Shown: in pieces, positions 61,836-64,000 of the stretch | Layout of the letters: every line of letters begins with the position of its first letter | How positions within the stretch are numbered: the first letter of the stretch is position 1 | Assembly (NCBI GenBank): GCA_038087875.1 | Contig: CM075980.1 | Span: 26,846,001-26,910,000 of the forward strand | Length of the DNA stretch: 64,000 nucleotides | Direction of reading: 5' to 3' | Source: Malacoraja senta | Taxonomy: Eukaryota | Notes under the pieces: model-generated | What the model was told of the DNA's origin: nothing | Seen by the model: only the letters and a program-made list of their open reading frames with translations | The model's database searches: none | Program-made: the position numbers and the translations under genes

Positions 61836-63035
61836 GTTTCTAGAGATGCTGCCTGACCTGCTGAGTTGCCCCAGCAGTTTGTATCTATCTGGCACTGTGT
61901 TACAGTCCATAGAGATGCTACATGCAAATGCTCATGTTTGGAAACCAAGCTCAAGACATCATTGACTTATTCAACAACGTGCGCAAGCGAATGGGCCTTA
62001 TGTTACACATCAAGAAGACATTGGTCCTCTATCCACCTTCACAGCATTGTCTCTGGACAACAAAGATGCATGAAAACATTACAATGTAAAACATGGCCCA
62101 GTAACATATTTTGGGAGCCTCAAATTGGAAGAAGTAGATATAAATTATGAAATTCTCCATCACCAGCACGGCCTGAGGTGATCAATACCTCAAAGCTGCC
62201 ACAGAGCTCACATTCTACTGGCCACCAGTGATCCCCAGCTTTGTTTCTGAGACGTAGGCTACAAACAGCAGTCACATTGGAGAGCTACCAGCAGCATGCT
62301 CCAAGTTCACTGGCAGAAAAATCAGTATCCTCTCCCAGGCTAACATCCCCAGTACCGAGGCTCGGATTGTATTGCATTGGCTCCAATCGTCAGACCACAT
62401 CACAGCAAGAGGGAAGAGTCAAGAGATTTTTTATTGCCATATGTCACGAAATAAAATAATGAAATTCTTACTTGCAGCAGCTCAACAGTCATCTAAACAT
62501 AGTACTTTGTAAAACCCATATTAGTTAAATACATATACGTATGCATATACACACAAACGCATGCANNNNNNNNNNNNNNNNNNNNNNNNNNNNNNNNNNN
62601 NNNNNNNNNNNNNNNNNNNNNNNNNNNNNNNNNNNNNNNNNNNNNNNNNNNNNNNNNNNNNNNNNNNNNNNNNNNNNNNNNNNNNNNNNNNNNNNNNNNN
62701 NNNNNNNNNNNNNNNNNNNNNNNNNNNNNNNNNNNNNNNNNNNNNNNNNNNNNNNNNNNNNNNNNNNNNGTATGTCAAAGTCAAGAATAATGTCCCAGGT
62801 CTATGCACTTTGGAACCGATTTAGAGGTTGTAGAGTTGAGTAGCCTGTTACAAGAAGCACTCCTGATATGCACTCTAGCCAAGCTCTATCGCAGCAGGAC
62901 AGTACCAGAAGGACAGAGGAAATGATGCAAGGATGTTCCAAAGCTTCTTTGAAAAGGTGTAACATGGCTTGTGGGAATCGCATGCCCGTGACTCCTCTAG
63001 ATGGAGAAGGAGCATTCAATATGGCATTGAATCAA

Positions 63036-63132
63036 AGGTACACAAAAATGCTGGAGAAACTCAGCGGGTGCAGCAGCATCTATGGAGCTAAGGAAATAGG
63101 CGACGTTTCGGTCCGAAACCCTTCTTCAGACC
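63036..63132 (-). mobile_element. Penelope-terminus insert inside the RTE remnant
   Basis: Perfect 14-bp TSD tggcattgaatcaa at 63022-63035 and 63133-63146. Confidence 0.9.
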
Positions 63133-63133
63133 T
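63097..63133 (-). ncRNA. Minimal hammerhead ribozyme core with stem I
   Basis: AGGT-CTGAAGA-A-GGGTTTCGGACC-GAAAC-GTC-GCCT; stem I AGGT/GCCT; one mismatch in stem II. Confidence 0.65.
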
Positions 63134-64000
63134 GGCATTGAATCAATCAGGTTATACGTAACCAGAAAGAAGCAGAGACAGTGCATCATCACCAAAGCAG
63201 CTCCGGCCTCAGTCTGTCACTCATGTTGGCTTCTTCAGTCACTTTAGAACCCCTAGAGGTGGAATCGAACAAATCATGCTTGAGTGAGAGTTTGCCCAAG
63301 AAAAATTGTGGCCATTGGGAGAATGGCCAGGGCAATCCTAGGGTGGATCCATTTGGTTTGCCCAGCATTAGGTGTGCACGGTTGTACCATGCCGGTTTCC
63401 TTCTGTTCCAGCAGATATTCATTCACTCACACACCACAAGCACATCAACTGTTTCCTGCATTGAGATGGCAACCAAAGGCTCTGCACTGTCTCATCAGTG
63501 TTTTTCACACCGAGTGTTCCAGCCTCTACATTAAATAGCCAGTAAATTGATGAATAATTCACCAGAACTCCATTCACTGGGCACAATCCTCCTCCACAGC
63601 CACTCATGAGCTGAATGTGGTCGCTGGTTTAGTGATCAGGCAGCACTGTGCAACATGAGTCATTTGGGCCAGTTTGTTGCTTGGAAACACCTTGCAGAGC
63701 CCTGATTACCGCTCCTGCAGGTTTCTCCTCAACCCCGCACGCACCTCCCCATCCCCCAGCTCAGCGGCAGCCTTTTCTCCTGCAAGATTGTGGTGGCCAT
63801 TGAGAGTTCTTTTAAACATCAACTCATTTGCAGTGGTCATCACATCAAAGAAGTGGCAGCTGCGAGCTCTTGCAAGAGAGATCCCCAACAGGAATTGCTG
63901 TAAACCCATTTTAATCTCAAATCTGTGGGCTAAATTTCAATTAGTTTAGTTTATTATTGTCACGTGTACTGAGGTACAGTGAAAAGCTTTTGTTGCATGC

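Larger units (their letters stand above)
61905..63305 (+). mobile_element. Decayed RTE (BovB-like) LINE 3' half, interrupted by Rex1 and Penelope inserts
   Basis: LQDIIDLF..RMGLMLHIKKTLVLY..; GQRK..KDVPKASLKRCN..WES..D.SRWRRSI..; GFFSHFRT; ends gcccaagaaaaa. Confidence 0.75.

Overview
Eukaryotic draft-assembly DNA with five N-gaps, from a cartilaginous fish (probably a skate or ray, judging by HE1-type V-SINEs, a SacSINE1-like DeuSINE and HER1/CR1 LINEs). The only protein-coding gene I can support is a five-exon LHX5 on the minus strand (ATG 11833, stop 3126, about 407 aa; the end of exon 4 lies in a gap). The gene and about 15 kb upstream look CpG-rich and TE-poor, with candidate enhancers. 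The remaining ~37 kb is a gene desert full of retroelements (HE1 SINEs, CR1, Rex1/Babar, RTE, Tx1/L1, L2, Penelope) plus Harbinger-type MITEs. The most interesting signal is a family of more than 20 short (50-330 bp) inserts, many of them hairpins, that look like MITEs but are better explained as Penelope-like retroelement termini. They carry a minimal hammerhead ribozyme core (CTGAAGA-stem II-GAAAC-GTH), have variable 12-18 bp target-site duplications, invert at the ribozyme, stop at two discrete end points about 37 nt apart, and match the 3' end of a GIY-YIG endonuclease remnant at 30.7-31.5 kb. One copy carries a perfect 142-bp inverted repeat that includes host flank. Other notable items: a chain of five abutting short upstream ORFs in front of LHX5, a SINE plus flank block duplicated 23.5 kb apart, a POU/SOX/RFX motif cluster, and a 16-bp-period TAATGG array. 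Family assignments come from recalled consensus sequences; no database search was run.
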